The notes below the pieces were generated by a model that saw nothing but the letters and a program-made list of their open reading frames with translations, made no database searches and was not told the DNA's origin. From Tubiluchus corallicola (Eukaryota > Animalia > Priapulida), in NCBI GenBank assembly GCA_030141605.1, contig JAQGDQ010000683.1, forward strand, positions 1 to 64,000: a stretch of DNA of 64,000 nt, read 5' to 3'. A program made the position numbers and the translations under genes. Below, in pieces: positions 62,446-64,000 of the stretch. Every line of letters starts with the position of its first letter. Within the stretch, counting starts at the first letter, position 1.

Positions 62446-62912
62446 AAATCAGTGAAGTTTTCAAAATCAGTGAAGTTTTCAAAATCAGTGAAGTTTTCAA
62501 AATCAGTGAAGTTTTCAGAATGAGTGAAGTTTTCAAAATCAGTGAAGTTTTCAAAATCAGTGAAGTTTTCAAAATCAGTAAAGTTTTCAAAATCAGTGAA
62601 GTTTTCAAAATCAGTGAAATTTTCAAAATAAATGAAGTTTTCAAAATCAGTAAAGTTTTCAAAATCACTGAAGTTTTCAAAATCAGTAAAGTTTTCAAAA
62701 TCAGTGAAGTTTTCAAAATCAGTGAAGTTTTCAAAATCAGTGAAGTTTTCAAAATCAGTGAAGTTTTCAAAATCAGTAAAGTTTTCAAAATCAGTGAAGT
62801 TTTCAAAATCAGTGAAGTTTTCAAAATAAATGAAGTTTTCAAAATCAGTAAAGTTTTCAAAATCACTGAAGTTTTCAGAATAAATGAAGTTTTCAGAATA
62901 AGTATAAGTGAA
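62446..62912. repeat. 18-bp minisatellite, ~25 copies
   Basis: Unit AAATCAGTGAAGTTTTCA. Confidence 0.96.
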
Positions 62913-64000
62913 GTTAGAGTTATGAACCTAATACAACCAATGATCAAGTGCTGCTTATATATATTATAAAAACAGGCCACTCAACTGCATGTGGTGTGCT
63001 AAAGTACGCAGATGTAAAAAGCGACACACTGCCAACGCATCTTCGAAATCTTAGCTGGAGGAGTTACGTTTTATGTTTTCTTTCGTTAAATGGATTGGCA
63101 GGGTCTCAAATAATTTACTGGCAAATATTTTCAAGAATTTTTTTGTAAGAGAGGTAGGCCGTTTCGTGTACAAATAATCAGTTTGTTCCTAAATAGAAAA
63201 TTTGTTTGCTGAACATTTTACAATCAGGTTTAATGGCACCAACGAATAGAATAATTAATATTCCGTTAAATAATAAATAATGTTAAATATAATAAGAAAT
63301 TATTATAATATATAACAATATATTTTGAAACTAAATCATTGAATATTTTTTTGTCTGTCAAATTAACTGAGAATGACAAATGTCTGTTGAACGTCAAAAA
63401 TTATATTGTATGTTATACATTAGCGCAAAATTGTTCTTTTTTTTACTTCTGTAATGCTCGAAAGATGGCGCTGTTTCAATTGCAAAGAGTTTGTCGTTAG
63501 GAAAACTACTATTATATACAACTAAAATGAGTTCAAACGAGAGATTTCTGACCTAGTTCTAATAAACCTCAGGAGGCAATTTGAATTTAGGTTCGATACT
63601 CCCTGTCCTGTATCTTAAAACTGGATTTGAATTAGCCTGGGGGCATAAGAATTAATCGAGGGTACATTTACGCTGGCATAGGAGTATCATTTGTAAGCCT
63701 TGGTCTTGTAGATAAGAGAACGTTTGTACATTCGAAACGTGACACAGATATCTCTGCTGGTGCAGTGCCTCATGTTAGAAGCTTAGTCTTGTTAATGAAC
63801 CAGGCTCAGTCCTTGTCCTAAACATTAATTTTAAACAGCGCTTGACTTTTAGTGCCAGATTCCGGTACTGGTACGACTTCTACAGTAATTCGGGTTTTGT
63901 ACGACAATAATCATTATTAACTTATTAAAGGCGCGCGAATGATGGACAGTGATATATTCTATGTCATTATTCTTGATAGCGCAGACAATTTTCTCAAAAC

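Noticed and set aside
62444-62980. Hexapeptide-repeat ORFs (KISEVF / LKTSLI)
   Set aside because: 18-bp minisatellite; open frames are expected by chance.
63464-63472. YY1-like AAGATGGCG promoter motif
   Set aside because: A single short motif with no associated gene visible in the window.

Overview
AT-rich, repeat-dense eukaryotic genomic DNA that looks like an invertebrate animal. Most of the window is one plus-strand gene encoding an SLC4 anion exchanger of the AE/band 3 type (AE2-like). I reconstructed it by hand as about 30 GT-AG exons between 7380 and 55577. All exon phases are mutually consistent and give about 1450 aa; the true first exon is uncertain. The introns hold many non-autonomous DNA transposons (hAT-, Tigger/pogo-, Kolobok- and piggyBac-like MITEs), LINE relics (RTE, CR1/L2-like) and a large foldback palindrome. 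The most striking pattern is that about half of the exons are followed directly by their own unique minisatellite. Three arrays are tandem amplifications of the 5' splice site, two of them clearly including the exon end (about 19-36 GTAAGT donors each). One array amplifies a 3' splice site, and one acceptor is duplicated. Most long ORFs in the supplied track are artefacts of tandem repeats. No prokaryotic features, CRISPR arrays or RNA genes were found.
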